A DNA stretch of 34,171 bases from PVC group bacterium (lineage in GTDB: Bacteria; Auribacterota; Erginobacteria; Erginobacterales; Erginobacteraceae): contig JAZDIV010000001.1 in assembly GCA_043804695.1 (NCBI GenBank), positions 1 through 34,171 of the forward strand, given 5' to 3'. A program made the position numbers and the translations under genes. This document shows positions 1 through 9,070 of the stretch, one piece after another. Below the pieces are notes generated by a model. That model searched no databases. It had not been told where the DNA came from and was given only the letters and a program-made list of their open reading frames with translations. The number at the start of each line of letters is the position of its first letter. Position 1 is the first letter of the stretch.

Positions 1-248
1 GGATAAAATCCGGTCATTGAAATTCCGAAACAGATGAAAAATCAACCGGAATAAAATAATCAGTTTTGCTTGTATGATACCAAGGGCTTACCGTTACTGA
101 TTAAGCGGTTAGATTCGAACTAATTTTTGGATTGCTATCAATCTGTTTTATATTTAGTTAAAGAGAAAATTCACTAAATTAGCGACCGAAGGGCGCTAAT
201 TTAAAAAGATAGTTTCACTTTGGCATAATTTTCGAGCAAGACTGTTTC

Positions 249-1115
249 ATGGGAATTATCGGGCTGCTTTTTTCAATTTATTTCCTGCTTCTCCTGGTCC
301 GGGCGATCATACCCGACACCGGCCAGATCTCCTTTAACCGCCCCTACCGGCTGATCGTCAGGCTGACCGAACCGGTGATTACTGTCCTGGCCCGGATATT
401 TCCGGGGCGGTCCCGCCGGCCGGCTCCGGTATTGGGGATGCTGCTGCTGGTCCTGCTCAACGGGGTCCTCTATTCCGGGGACACCGGCCGCGAATCCGGT
501 TTTTTCTCCTGCGGCATCTCCCGGTGGGCATTCGTTACCACCGCACCGTTCTGGGGCGTGGGGAAGAGCTTCGCTCATTATTTTATTTTGATCTATCGTT
601 TTCTCGCTCTTCTGCTGGCGGTCACGCTTCTTTCCCCTCTGACATCAGCATCGGACCAGGTTTCCCGTCTGGTAAAAAGCCTCCTCCAGCCGGTGCTCAA
701 TTCCCCGTGGAGACGCTGGACCGCGGCGGCGGCGATCCCGGTTATTGTCACCTCGATGATCATCCTCCTCCGGGAACTGTATCAGGCCGTCGGATGGCTG
801 GAGGGAGAAGGGATCAACCCGGCCGGGGCATTTCTGGACAGCCTCGCCCTGCTCGTTCAGCTCTTCACGGTTGTTGTCTACCTGCTTATCTTTCGCGCGG
901 TTATTTCCTGGTTTCCTGCCATCCGCGGCGCCGGTGGACCGCTTTCCTGGCTGGAGTTCTTCACCGAACCGTTTCTGCGTCCGTTCCGGCGGCTGGGCCT
1001 CTCCCCGGGATCGATTGACCTGACGCCGCTGGCGGCGATTTTCGTCATCATCATCGGCCAGAAGATCCTCCTGAGCATCCTGGGGGAAATATACACTGCC
1101 CTTCCCGGTGTATGA
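249..1115 (+). CDS. yggT: YggT family membrane protein with repeated YggT units
   Basis: Hydrophobic protein with YggT-type segments RLIVRLTEPV and RAVISWFP...EFFTEPFLRPFRRL...IDLTPLAAI; directly followed by a DUF167 gene, the usual neighbour. Confidence 0.8.
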   Translation: MGIIGLLFSIYFLLLLVRAIIPDTGQISFNRPYRLIVRLTEPVITVLARIFPGRSRRPAPVLGMLLLVLLNGVLYSGDTGRESGFFSCGISRWAFVTTAPFWGVGKSFAHYFILIYRFLALLLAVTLLSPLTSASDQVSRLVKSLLQPVLNSPWRRWTAAAAIPVIVTSMIILLRELYQAVGWLEGEGINPAGAFLDSLALLVQLFTVVVYLLIFRAVISWFPAIRGAGGPLSWLEFFTEPFLRPFRRLGLSPGSIDLTPLAAIFVIIIGQKILLSILGEIYTALPGV

Positions 1116-1116
1116 C

Positions 1117-1431
1117 ATGGAATCACTGGAGATTCTGGAGAAGGACGGGGGGGTCAGTTTCCGGGTCAGGCTTCACCCCCGGGCCGGGTGCGACCGTATT
1201 TCAGGGGTTGTCAACGGACAATTGAGGGTTGACGTCCGCGCACCGCCGGTCAAGAATAAAGCTAACCGGAGCTTGATCAAGATTCTGGGTAAGGCCATCG
1301 GGGTACCGCAGCACTCGGTGACGATAACAAGAGGAGCAACCGGGCGGGATAAAGTAATCGCCATCCGGGACCTGGGCGCCGCTGAACTGAGAAGTTGTCT
1401 GACCCGATTTATTCACACATCGGGTCAGTAG
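1117..1431 (+). CDS. yggU: DUF167/YggU (UPF0235) family protein (alternative GTG start at 1108)
   Basis: VRLHPRA...LRVDVRAPPVKNKANRSLIKILGKAIGVP...ITRGATGRDK matches the DUF167 pattern. Confidence 0.85.
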   Translation: MESLEILEKDGGVSFRVRLHPRAGCDRISGVVNGQLRVDVRAPPVKNKANRSLIKILGKAIGVPQHSVTITRGATGRDKVIAIRDLGAAELRSCLTRFIHTSGQ

Positions 1432-1490
1432 AAGAATTGGTACCCGTTTACACTTTTTAAATATATAATTTTTGCGGAGCAAAAAATTAT

Positions 1491-2693
1491 ATGCGGGAAC
1501 GTTTTACAGAACGGCTGGTCAAGCGGCTTGATCACCTCGACCGCCGGGAGGTTGGTGAATACCTGATCGGGCTGGCCCGGGATAAGGGGCTGCTGGAAAA
1601 CATCTTCGACAGCATGCAGGAGGGCCTCCTGGTCATCAACCCGTCCCGCGCGATCGCGCTCATCAACGCCCCGGCGGCCCGGCTGCTCGATATCCCGGTC
1701 GATTCGGCGGGATACGCGTATGACGAGCGCCTCCGCGACCCGGGACTCCGGACAATCATCGATCAGGGCTTCGAAGTGCCGTCGCAGGCGCTGATCCGGG
1801 AGTGCATCATCATCCACCCCCAGCCGCGGTGGATCCGCCTCAGCCGGACCTCGCTGCGGGACACGGATGGACGTTTCCGGGGGATCTTGCTGGTGCTGGC
1901 CGACATCACCCGCCAGCGGAAGGTCGAGGAGGAGATCAGCCTGGTGGAGAGGCTGGACTTCCTCAGCCATCTCACCGCCGGGGTCGCCCATGAGATCGGA
2001 AACCCGATCAGCTCGCTGGCCATCCAGGTCCAGCTGATCGAACGGCAGGTCCGGGAACTGGGCCCTCCCCTGCGGGACAGACTTCTGAAAACGATCTCGA
2101 TCATCAAGGAAGAGCTGCGGCGTCTCGATCTGATCGTCGACCAGTTTCTCAAGACCCTCCGCCCCGGCACGCTGCAGTTCCGCGAGACCGATCTGGTCGG
2201 AGTGGTGGAAGAAGTCCTGGCCCTGATCGGAGGGGAGCTGGAAGAGAAGGGGATCTCGCTGAAGAAACTCTATCCCCGATCAGGCATCCGGGGGAGGATG
2301 GATAAGAATCTGATCCAGCAGGCGATCTTGAACCTGATCATCAATGCCGCCCAGGCCATGCCGAAGGGGGGAGAGATCGCCCTCCGGCTGGAGAAAAAGG
2401 ACGCGTATCTCAAGTTCTCGATCACCGATCAGGGGACGGGCATCCCTCGGGGAAAAATCAACCGGCTCTTTGAACCGCTCTTCACAACCAAGGAGACCGG
2501 ATCCGGACTGGGGCTGCTGGTGGTGTACAAGGCGATCCGCCAGCACGGCGGGTACGTGGAAGCCGCCAGCCAACCGGGGGAGGGGACCACCTTCACGATC
2601 TGGCTTCCCCAGCGGCCGGACAGAATAAAACTACTGCCGGCGGGCAGGGCGAATTTTAGAGATGAAGTCAGTCATCCTGATAGTCGAAGATGA
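1491..2693 (+). CDS. Cytoplasmic PAS-domain sensor histidine kinase (NtrB/AtoS-like)
   Basis: H-box AGVAHEIGNP, N-box QAILNLIINAAQA, G boxes DQGTGI, FEPLFTTK and GSGLGL; no transmembrane segment. Confidence 0.9.
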   Translation: MRERFTERLVKRLDHLDRREVGEYLIGLARDKGLLENIFDSMQEGLLVINPSRAIALINAPAARLLDIPVDSAGYAYDERLRDPGLRTIIDQGFEVPSQALIRECIIIHPQPRWIRLSRTSLRDTDGRFRGILLVLADITRQRKVEEEISLVERLDFLSHLTAGVAHEIGNPISSLAIQVQLIERQVRELGPPLRDRLLKTISIIKEELRRLDLIVDQFLKTLRPGTLQFRETDLVGVVEEVLALIGGELEEKGISLKKLYPRSGIRGRMDKNLIQQAILNLIINAAQAMPKGGEIALRLEKKDAYLKFSITDQGTGIPRGKINRLFEPLFTTKETGSGLGLLVVYKAIRQHGGYVEAASQPGEGTTFTIWLPQRPDRIKLLPAGRANFRDEVSHPDSRR

Positions 2694-4116
2694 GAAGAAC
2701 GCCCGGGAAGGCCTCCGGGAGGCCATCCGTTCGCCGTTCCACACGGTCCTGACGGCGGAGAACGGTTTCCAGGCCGAGGAGATCATCCGGAATAAAGCCG
2801 TCGACCTGATCATCTCGGACTTGAAGATGCCGGGGATGACCGGCCTGGAGCTTTTGAAAAAAGTCCAGGCGTTTTCCCCGGCCACCATCTTCATCATCAT
2901 GACCGCCTACGGGTCGGTCGATAACGCGGTCGAGGCCATTAAAAAGGGGGCCTACGATTACCTCACCAAGCCGATCAACCTGGACCAGATGGAGCTGCTG
3001 ATTGCCCGGGCGCTGAAAGAAAGGGCGCTGGAGGCCGAGAACGTTTACCTGAAGGAACAGCTGCAGAAGCACTACGGCCTGGAAAATATGGCCGGCCACA
3101 GCCGGGCCATGGAAAGGGTCTTCGAGACGATCCGGCAGATCGGCCCCAGCAACGCCACCGTTCTGATCACCGGCGAGTCCGGGACCGGGAAGGAACTGGT
3201 CGCCCGGGCCATCCACCACCAGAGCCACCGGAAAAATAATCCTTTTATTCCCATTCACTGCGCGTCGCTCTCCCCATCATTGCTGGAGAGCGAACTGTTC
3301 GGGCACGAGCGGGGCGCTTTTACCGGGGCGGTGCTCCAGAAAAAAGGAAAATTTGAAATCGCCGACGGCGGCACCGTCTTCCTGGACGAGATCAGAGAGA
3401 TCCCCCCGGAGATGCAGGTGAAGCTCCTTCGTTTTCTGGAGATGAGGGAGCTCGAAAGTTTCGGGGGAACGGCGACGATCGCGGTGGATATCCGGCTTCT
3501 GGCGGCTTCCAACGTCAATCCGGAAGAGCTCGTTCGAGAACGCCGGCTTCGGGAGGACCTCTACTACCGTCTCAACGTGGTGAGAATCGATCTGCCCCCC
3601 CTGCGCGAGCGGCGGGAGGATATCCCGCTCCTCGTTCACGACTTTATCAGTGAATTCAATCAGACCAACCGCCAGGAGGTCTCCTCGATCACTCCCCGGG
3701 CTCTGCAGGTGCTCCAGGCCTATCACTGGCCGGGCAATGTCCGGGAGCTGAAAAATTGCATGGAGAGCATGATGGCGCTGACCAAGAAGAGCGTCCTGGG
3801 AGTTGATGACATCCCCTCCCCGATTAAATCCGAAAGACCGGCGAAGCTCCCTCCCGGCGCCGACCTGCAGATCAAGACAGCGGAGAAGGAACTCATCCGA
3901 AGCGCCCTCGACCGGGCGGGCGGCAACAAGCAAAAAGCGGCCGGCCTCCTCGGCATCAGCCGGCGCACCCTCTACCGGAAGATGGAGGAGTACGGGCTGA
4001 AGGATAAAGGGAGTACGAAGACAGGCGACCAGGAGATCAGGGGATCAGCAGGAAGGATATCAGCAGATCAGGAGATCAGGGAGGCCCCGGCCGCCCCTGA
4101 TGACCTGGTTCCCTGA
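2662..4116 (+). CDS. Sigma-54-dependent response regulator (NtrC/AtoC family)
   Basis: Receiver domain (IVEDE, DLKMPGMTG), Walker A GESGTGKE, GAFTGA loop, WPGNVREL, Fis-type HTH (AAGLLGISRRTLYRKM). Confidence 0.95.
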   Translation: MKSVILIVEDEKNAREGLREAIRSPFHTVLTAENGFQAEEIIRNKAVDLIISDLKMPGMTGLELLKKVQAFSPATIFIIMTAYGSVDNAVEAIKKGAYDYLTKPINLDQMELLIARALKERALEAENVYLKEQLQKHYGLENMAGHSRAMERVFETIRQIGPSNATVLITGESGTGKELVARAIHHQSHRKNNPFIPIHCASLSPSLLESELFGHERGAFTGAVLQKKGKFEIADGGTVFLDEIREIPPEMQVKLLRFLEMRELESFGGTATIAVDIRLLAASNVNPEELVRERRLREDLYYRLNVVRIDLPPLRERREDIPLLVHDFISEFNQTNRQEVSSITPRALQVLQAYHWPGNVRELKNCMESMMALTKKSVLGVDDIPSPIKSERPAKLPPGADLQIKTAEKELIRSALDRAGGNKQKAAGLLGISRRTLYRKMEEYGLKDKGSTKTGDQEIRGSAGRISADQEIREAPAAPDDLVP

Positions 4117-4152
4117 TATTCCCCCCGCTGATACACTGATAACCTGATATCC
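4027..4152. repeat. ATCAGG/CCTGAT 8-nt-period foldback element, copy 1 (overlaps the 3' end of the regulator gene)
   Basis: Run of (G/T)ATCAG units followed by a run of CTGAT units; clear inverted homolog at 18544-18674. Confidence 0.85.
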
Positions 4153-4197
4153 TTTTTAAACAAAGCATCCATCATCTATCCGGATTAAGTGATCACC

Positions 4198-4638
4198 ATG
4201 AGTCAAACAACAACAATTTCCTATCGCGTTCCCTACGCGGACACCGATCAGATGGGTGTCGTCTACTACGCCAACTACCTGGTTTATTTCGAACGGCTGC
4301 GGAACGAACTGCTCCGGCAGACCGGCACCCCCTACCGGGCGTGGGAAGAGAAGGGGGTGATGCTGCCGGTGGTGGAGGCATGCTGCCGGTACCGGGCTCC
4401 GGCTCATTATGACGACCTGTTGACCATCTCCGGCCGGATAAGCCGGAGCAGGGGCAGCCGGCTCCGAATCGAGTATGAAGTTCGAACGGGGGGTGCCATC
4501 CTGGCCGACGGCTACACCGTTCACGCCTGCCTGAAACGGTCCGGGCGCCCCACGCGGATCCCGGCAGAACTGACCGTCGAATCGACGGATGCAGGAGAAG
4601 CGGGCGCTCCGGGAAGGAAAAAGGATGACCGCCCCTGA
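4198..4638 (+). CDS. Acyl-CoA thioesterase, YbgC/FadM (4HBT) family
   Basis: RVPYADTDQMGVVYYANYLVYFE hot-dog fold motif and YRAPAHYDD. Confidence 0.9.
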   Translation: MSQTTTISYRVPYADTDQMGVVYYANYLVYFERLRNELLRQTGTPYRAWEEKGVMLPVVEACCRYRAPAHYDDLLTISGRISRSRGSRLRIEYEVRTGGAILADGYTVHACLKRSGRPTRIPAELTVESTDAGEAGAPGRKKDDRP

Positions 4639-6424
4639 AAAAATCAGGTCCCGTCCCCCCCTGGCGACCGTCGGGCTCATCCTCCTCTGCTTTCTCTATC
4701 TCACCTTCGCCTGGGATCACTTCTGGAACACGAACGAGTACAGCCGGATTTTCCTGACCCGGGCCCTGATTGATCATCAGAGCTTATCCATCGATAAAAT
4801 CATCGTTGGACACGACACCCAGGACAAATCATACTTCCGGGGGCGGTTTTATTCCAACAAGGCCCCGATTTCCTCATTCCTGGCCGCGCCCGGTTACCTG
4901 GCGGTGCGTCTGACCGAGATCTATTCCGGCATTTCGATCGGGGAGGAGATGACCCTCTATCTGATCAGATCACTCACGATCAGCATCCCCTCGGCGCTCT
5001 TCCTTCTGCTCCTCTTCAAGTTCTGGTCTTCGATCACCCTCCACTATTCGATCCGGCGGGCGGTTTTGATCGCGTATTCCCTGGGGACCATGGTCTGGCC
5101 GTACTCCAGCATGTACTACGGCCATATCCTGGCCGCCATGAGCCTCTGCCTGGCTTTCCTGATTATTTTCAGCGCCAAAGAGACCGCTGCCGGATCCAGG
5201 GCGCTCTTTGAATGCGGCTTCTTCTGCGGACTCGCTTTCGCGATCGAGTATCCGACCGCGCTGATCTCGATCTGCCTGTTCATGTATGCGGCCGCGGTTG
5301 GTAAAAAACTCCGCGCCGCGGTCTACCTGCTCCTGGGGGCCGTCTTGATTGGAGTCCTCTGGTCCCTCTTCGATCCTATCCAGGCCGCCATCGGCCCCCA
5401 TGTAAAATCATTGATCGACCCCCATCAGGCGGTAATGATCGTGTCCGTCATCGTCACCGCGGTGATTGGCCTGGCGGCCATCTCACGGGCCCCGAGCCTG
5501 CTGTTCTTTTTCGCCGGGGCCGCCCCGCTGGTGGGCGCCACCTTCTATTACCACTGGAAATGCTTCGGGGGACCGCTCCAGTTTCCCTACTATCATGAAT
5601 CCTACCGGCAGTTCGCCGTCGCTCACCGGGAAGGGATTGCCGGGGTGTCCTTTCCCGCCGGCGGGCGCGAACTGAGCGAGCGCCTAACTGTTCTCCTGAA
5701 GCTGTTGATCAGCCCCTACCGCGGTCTCTTTTTCTATTCCCCCTTCCTCCTGCTCGGGGTAAGCGGAATGATCAAAATGGTCCGGGACGCGGAATGGAAA
5801 CTGGAAGGCCGGCTCTTCCTGGCCATCGCCGTCGTCTATCTGTTGTTCCTGTGCTCCTTCACCGACTGGGAAGGCGGCTGGTCGATGGGGCCCCGGCACC
5901 TGGTGCCCCTCCTGCCGTTTCTGGCCACCGCCGTCGTCTATCAGCTGGGAACGGTCGATAGAAAACTCCGGAGAGTTCTGGTCTGTTTGATGGCAGTCCT
6001 GGGCCTGATCTCGATCGCCTTTATCTTTATCGGGACCGCTTCTTTTCCCTACCTGCCCAAGGAGTTCAACAATCCCCTCTACGATCTTTCCTGGCAGCTG
6101 CTGGCCGGGGGCAAGATCGCCCCCACCCTGGGCGAGTTGTGCGGCCTTAAGGGGGGGGTGGGCCTCGTTCCCCTGGTTGTCCTGGTGGGGATATTGACGG
6201 CCATCTTTCTCAGCGATCTGAGCCGATTCGCCTGGCGGGGGGCGGCGATCCGGATCATATTTATGCTCTTGAGCGCGGCGACGGCCGCGGCCGTCCTGCT
6301 CGCCTGGGGAGCGGGAAGCCGGTTGCGGGTGGGGCGGTTATCTCCTTACCAGCGGGCGCTGGAGGGAACGCAGAAAGAGCGGGTGATCGCCTTCATGGAG
6401 CGGACAAAAGGGGAGGGGCAATAA
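4625..6424 (+). CDS. Polytopic membrane protein, probable GT-C-type (lipid-linked sugar) glycosyltransferase
   Basis: Many hydrophobic helices; motifs YSNKAP, GLFFYSP and WEGGWSMGPRHLVPLLPFL resemble PMT-like membrane glycosyltransferases. Function is inferred. Confidence 0.55.
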   Translation: MTAPEKIRSRPPLATVGLILLCFLYLTFAWDHFWNTNEYSRIFLTRALIDHQSLSIDKIIVGHDTQDKSYFRGRFYSNKAPISSFLAAPGYLAVRLTEIYSGISIGEEMTLYLIRSLTISIPSALFLLLLFKFWSSITLHYSIRRAVLIAYSLGTMVWPYSSMYYGHILAAMSLCLAFLIIFSAKETAAGSRALFECGFFCGLAFAIEYPTALISICLFMYAAAVGKKLRAAVYLLLGAVLIGVLWSLFDPIQAAIGPHVKSLIDPHQAVMIVSVIVTAVIGLAAISRAPSLLFFFAGAAPLVGATFYYHWKCFGGPLQFPYYHESYRQFAVAHREGIAGVSFPAGGRELSERLTVLLKLLISPYRGLFFYSPFLLLGVSGMIKMVRDAEWKLEGRLFLAIAVVYLLFLCSFTDWEGGWSMGPRHLVPLLPFLATAVVYQLGTVDRKLRRVLVCLMAVLGLISIAFIFIGTASFPYLPKEFNNPLYDLSWQLLAGGKIAPTLGELCGLKGGVGLVPLVVLVGILTAIFLSDLSRFAWRGAAIRIIFMLLSAATAAAVLLAWGAGSRLRVGRLSPYQRALEGTQKERVIAFMERTKGEGQ

Positions 6425-6480
6425 AATCCGAAACCCGAATAACGGAATCCTGATTTCGAAAATAAACAACAAATTAAAAT
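6424..6480. repeat. Degenerate 7-nt-period tract (AAATCCG AAACCCG AATAACG GAATCCT ...)
   Basis: Heptad periodicity similar to the left arms at 11746-11767 and 23884-23925. Confidence 0.55.
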
Positions 6481-6502
6481 TTTTCCTCAGGAAAAATTTT
6501 AA
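6474..6502. terminator. Perfect 13-bp AT-rich hairpin between convergent genes
   Basis: TTAAAATTTTTCC-TCA-GGAAAAATTTTAA overlapping the stop codon of the minus-strand gene; terminator role is inferred from position. Confidence 0.5.
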
Positions 6503-7176
6503 AAGGAGTACTCCAGGCCGGCCCGGATCTGCCAGTTGTCAAGTTCGGCATCGTCTTTCACGGTAATCGACCCTTTCTCCGGGTTGGAGTGGGTCTGTTC
6601 GCGGTCAATATCGGTGAAGACGTAACGGGCCTCCACGTTCAGGAATATGTGTTTGCTGAGCGTGAAATCAGCTCCCACCGCGGCATGAACCGACCACTGC
6701 CCCGTTACTTCTCCGGTAATGGTGAACGGATAGGTTTTGCCGTCGACAACGACATTGTAACTGCCGTCGATGTCCGAATCAATCTGGTAATAGCCGCCCC
6801 CCAGCCCCAGGTAGGCCCGGGCGCTCTGCTCCATGATGGGGGCGAAGATCATCGCGGTCAGATAGATCGGATAGACCCGGTCCACTTCTTTATACGTAAC
6901 CGGACCCGGGTGGTCCGAGTAGGGCATCACGATATCCCCTTCATCGAGACTCCAGCGAAAGTAATCAACCCCCATCTCGATCCCCAGCATATCGGTAAAT
7001 TTATACTTGGCAATGGCCCCGTAACCGAATTCATGCGCGAAATCCGAGTCCTTCGGGTTGATGTAAATCCCATGAGCGCCTAACCGCAGTTCCCCGTATT
7101 TCAGTTCTCCGGCACTCTCCCCGGCGACCAAACAGAAAAGGAGCAAGGCCGCCCCGATCAAGGTGACCGTTCTCAT
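6499..7176 (-). CDS. Outer-membrane beta-barrel protein (OmpW/OmpA-like)
   Basis: Signal peptide MRTVTLIGAALLLFCLVAGESA, amphipathic strands (YLGLGGGYY, FLNVEARYVF), C-terminal GLEYSF; AAGAGG RBS upstream. Confidence 0.8.
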   Translation of the reverse strand: MRTVTLIGAALLLFCLVAGESAGELKYGELRLGAHGIYINPKDSDFAHEFGYGAIAKYKFTDMLGIEMGVDYFRWSLDEGDIVMPYSDHPGPVTYKEVDRVYPIYLTAMIFAPIMEQSARAYLGLGGGYYQIDSDIDGSYNVVVDGKTYPFTITGEVTGQWSVHAAVGADFTLSKHIFLNVEARYVFTDIDREQTHSNPEKGSITVKDDAELDNWQIRAGLEYSF

Positions 7177-7369
7177 ATGATTTCCTCTTACTTGCTCTGA
7201 CGTTGAAATATCGTGATAAAGGGCCGGCAACAGGCTTTTTTTAATACGACCGAGCGCCGGTATTTGTTCAGTCTAAGTATAAACGTCCCGGAACGCCTGT
7301 AAAGCGAAATAAAACTTTTTCCCGTTCTGGTTCCGCCTCTTCCCGGAAGTGGTACTTTCTGATTTTCAC

Positions 7370-7399
7370 TTGCTTCCGGCCGTTCCCAATTGCTATAGT
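7370..7399 (+). promoter_or_regulatory. Putative sigma-70 promoter for the tRNA-Pro/hom unit
   Basis: TTGCTT-N18-TATAGT with an extended -10 TG at 7391-7392. Confidence 0.55.
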
Positions 7400-7485
7400 C
7401 CACTCTTCAGATTGGGGGGAGTGGGCGATCAGGGTAATGCCGGTGTCCCTTGGCCCTTGCCTATTATCCCATAGATCTGTCTTTT

Positions 7486-7541
7486 CGGGGCGTGGCGCAG
7501 TCCGGCTTAGCGCGTCCCGAAAGCTTTCGGGAAGGTCCCGG
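7486..7541 (+). pseudogene. tRNA-Pro 5' fragment with the anticodon arm replaced by a palindrome
   Basis: 7486-7514 matches tRNA 7601-7629 at 28/29; TCCCGAAAGCTTTCGGGA follows, then AGGTCCC(GG) as in the tRNA; no T arm or 3' acceptor strand. Confidence 0.85.
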
Positions 7542-7600
7542 GAAATGTTTTATATGAATTAAAAAGGGAAAAGAGTAAGAAGATCATTGATTACATGGTT

Positions 7601-7676
7601 CGGGGCGTGGCGCAGTCCGGTTTAGCGCGCCTGAATGGGGTTCAGGAGGTCCCCGGTTCGAATCCGGGCGCCCCGA
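7601..7676 (+). tRNA. tRNA-Pro(GGG), CCA not encoded
   Basis: Acceptor stem CGGGGCG/CGCCCCG, anticodon arm CCTGA-ATGGGGT-TCAGG, T arm GGTTCGAATCC; followed by CTA rather than CCA. Confidence 0.97.
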
Positions 7677-7764
7677 CTAATAAAGAGCATCGGCTAAAAA
7701 ATGGGGAGTTCTGCGCCGGAGGCGCTAAGTCCTGATAATTGGTAATTTTTGCGGAGCAAAAATT

Positions 7765-9057
7765 ATGAAACAGATCAACATCGGCCTGATCGGCTGGGGA
7801 ACTGTCGGGACCGGGGTGATCAAGCTCCTCCGCGCCAACGCGTCCCTCATCTCCCGCCGCCTGGGGGGGGCCCGGCTTTGCATTTCCCGGATAGCCGACC
7901 TCGACCTGAAAAAGAAACGGGGGGTAGCCGTTCCGGCAAAGATGCTGACCCGGGAGGCTTCCCGGATTATCGAGGACCCGGCCATCCGGATAGTTGCCGA
8001 ATTGACGGGGAGTATCGAGCCGGCTGGAGAGCTGATCCGGGAGGCCCTCCGGAAAGGAAAGCAGGTGGTGACGGCCAACAAGGCATTGCTGGCCGAAAAG
8101 GGGAAAGACCTGTTCAGGGAAGCCCGCCAGAACAACCGCCGGATTTACTATGAAGCGAGCGTCGGCGGCGGCATCCCGATCATCAAAATTCTGCGAGAGG
8201 GGCTGGCGGCCAATAACATCCGATCCGTCCTGGGAATCATCAACGGCACCACCAACTATATTCTCTCCCGGATGACGGAGGAGGGGATGGCGTTCTCCGC
8301 CGCCCTCGCCGAGGCCCGGAAAAACGGATACGCCGAAAAGGACCCTTCCCTCGATCTGGAGGGGGTTGACTCGGCTCACAAGCTGGTGCTGCTGGCCTCC
8401 CTGGCGTTCGGAGGATGGGCCGACCTGAAAAAGATCTTCGTTGAGGGGATTACAGACATAACGGCTGAAGATATCGCCTCTACCGCGGGGTTGGGCTACA
8501 CGGTCAAGCTTCTGGCTATCGCCAAGCAGACATCGGCAGGCGCCGACATCCGGGTGCACCCCACCCTGATCAAACACCACCACCTCCTGTCCTCGGTCAA
8601 CGGGGTCTTCAACGCCATCTATGTCGAAGGCGATTACAGCGACCGCCAGATCTATCAGGGCAAAGGAGCAGGCGAAGGGCCGTCCGCCAGCGCGGTGGCG
8701 GCGGACCTGATTGAGGCGGGAAGAGAGATCCTGTCCGGACCGACCGTTGACCCGGATTTCATCGCCGGGGATGGCGACCTGGAGCTGGCTCCGATAGGAA
8801 AGGTTGAATGCCGCCATTACATCAGAATCCCGGCCGTCGACCGGCCGGGTGTCCTGGCGAAGATATCGAATATCCTCGGATCGGGGGGGATCAGCATCGC
8901 CTCGGTGATTCAGCGGGAGCGAAGGAAAAGCGGGGTTGTCCCGGTCATTTTGATGACCCACAAGGCCGGGGAGCAGGCTCTGGCCCGGGCCGTGGCCCGG
9001 ATCAGCCGGATGGCGGCGGTCAGGGGCCGCCCGCTCCGGATCCGGGTGGAGGATTGA
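7765..9057 (+). CDS. hom: Homoserine dehydrogenase with C-terminal ACT domain
   Basis: GWGTVGTG, VVTANKALLA, YEASVGGGIPII, GIINGTTNYIL and DRPGVLAKI. Confidence 0.97.
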   Translation: MKQINIGLIGWGTVGTGVIKLLRANASLISRRLGGARLCISRIADLDLKKKRGVAVPAKMLTREASRIIEDPAIRIVAELTGSIEPAGELIREALRKGKQVVTANKALLAEKGKDLFREARQNNRRIYYEASVGGGIPIIKILREGLAANNIRSVLGIINGTTNYILSRMTEEGMAFSAALAEARKNGYAEKDPSLDLEGVDSAHKLVLLASLAFGGWADLKKIFVEGITDITAEDIASTAGLGYTVKLLAIAKQTSAGADIRVHPTLIKHHHLLSSVNGVFNAIYVEGDYSDRQIYQGKGAGEGPSASAVAADLIEAGREILSGPTVDPDFIAGDGDLELAPIGKVECRHYIRIPAVDRPGVLAKISNILGSGGISIASVIQRERRKSGVVPVILMTHKAGEQALARAVARISRMAAVRGRPLRIRVED

Positions 9058-9070
9058 GCGGAATGATCCC

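Noticed and set aside
220..236. Sigma-54 promoter TTGGCATAATTTTCG
   Set aside because: The -12 element lacks the conserved GC.
7486..7676. tRNA duplication as attL/attR of an integrated element
   Set aside because: Only about 60 bp separate the copies, no integrase is present, and the internal arm is replaced rather than truncated.
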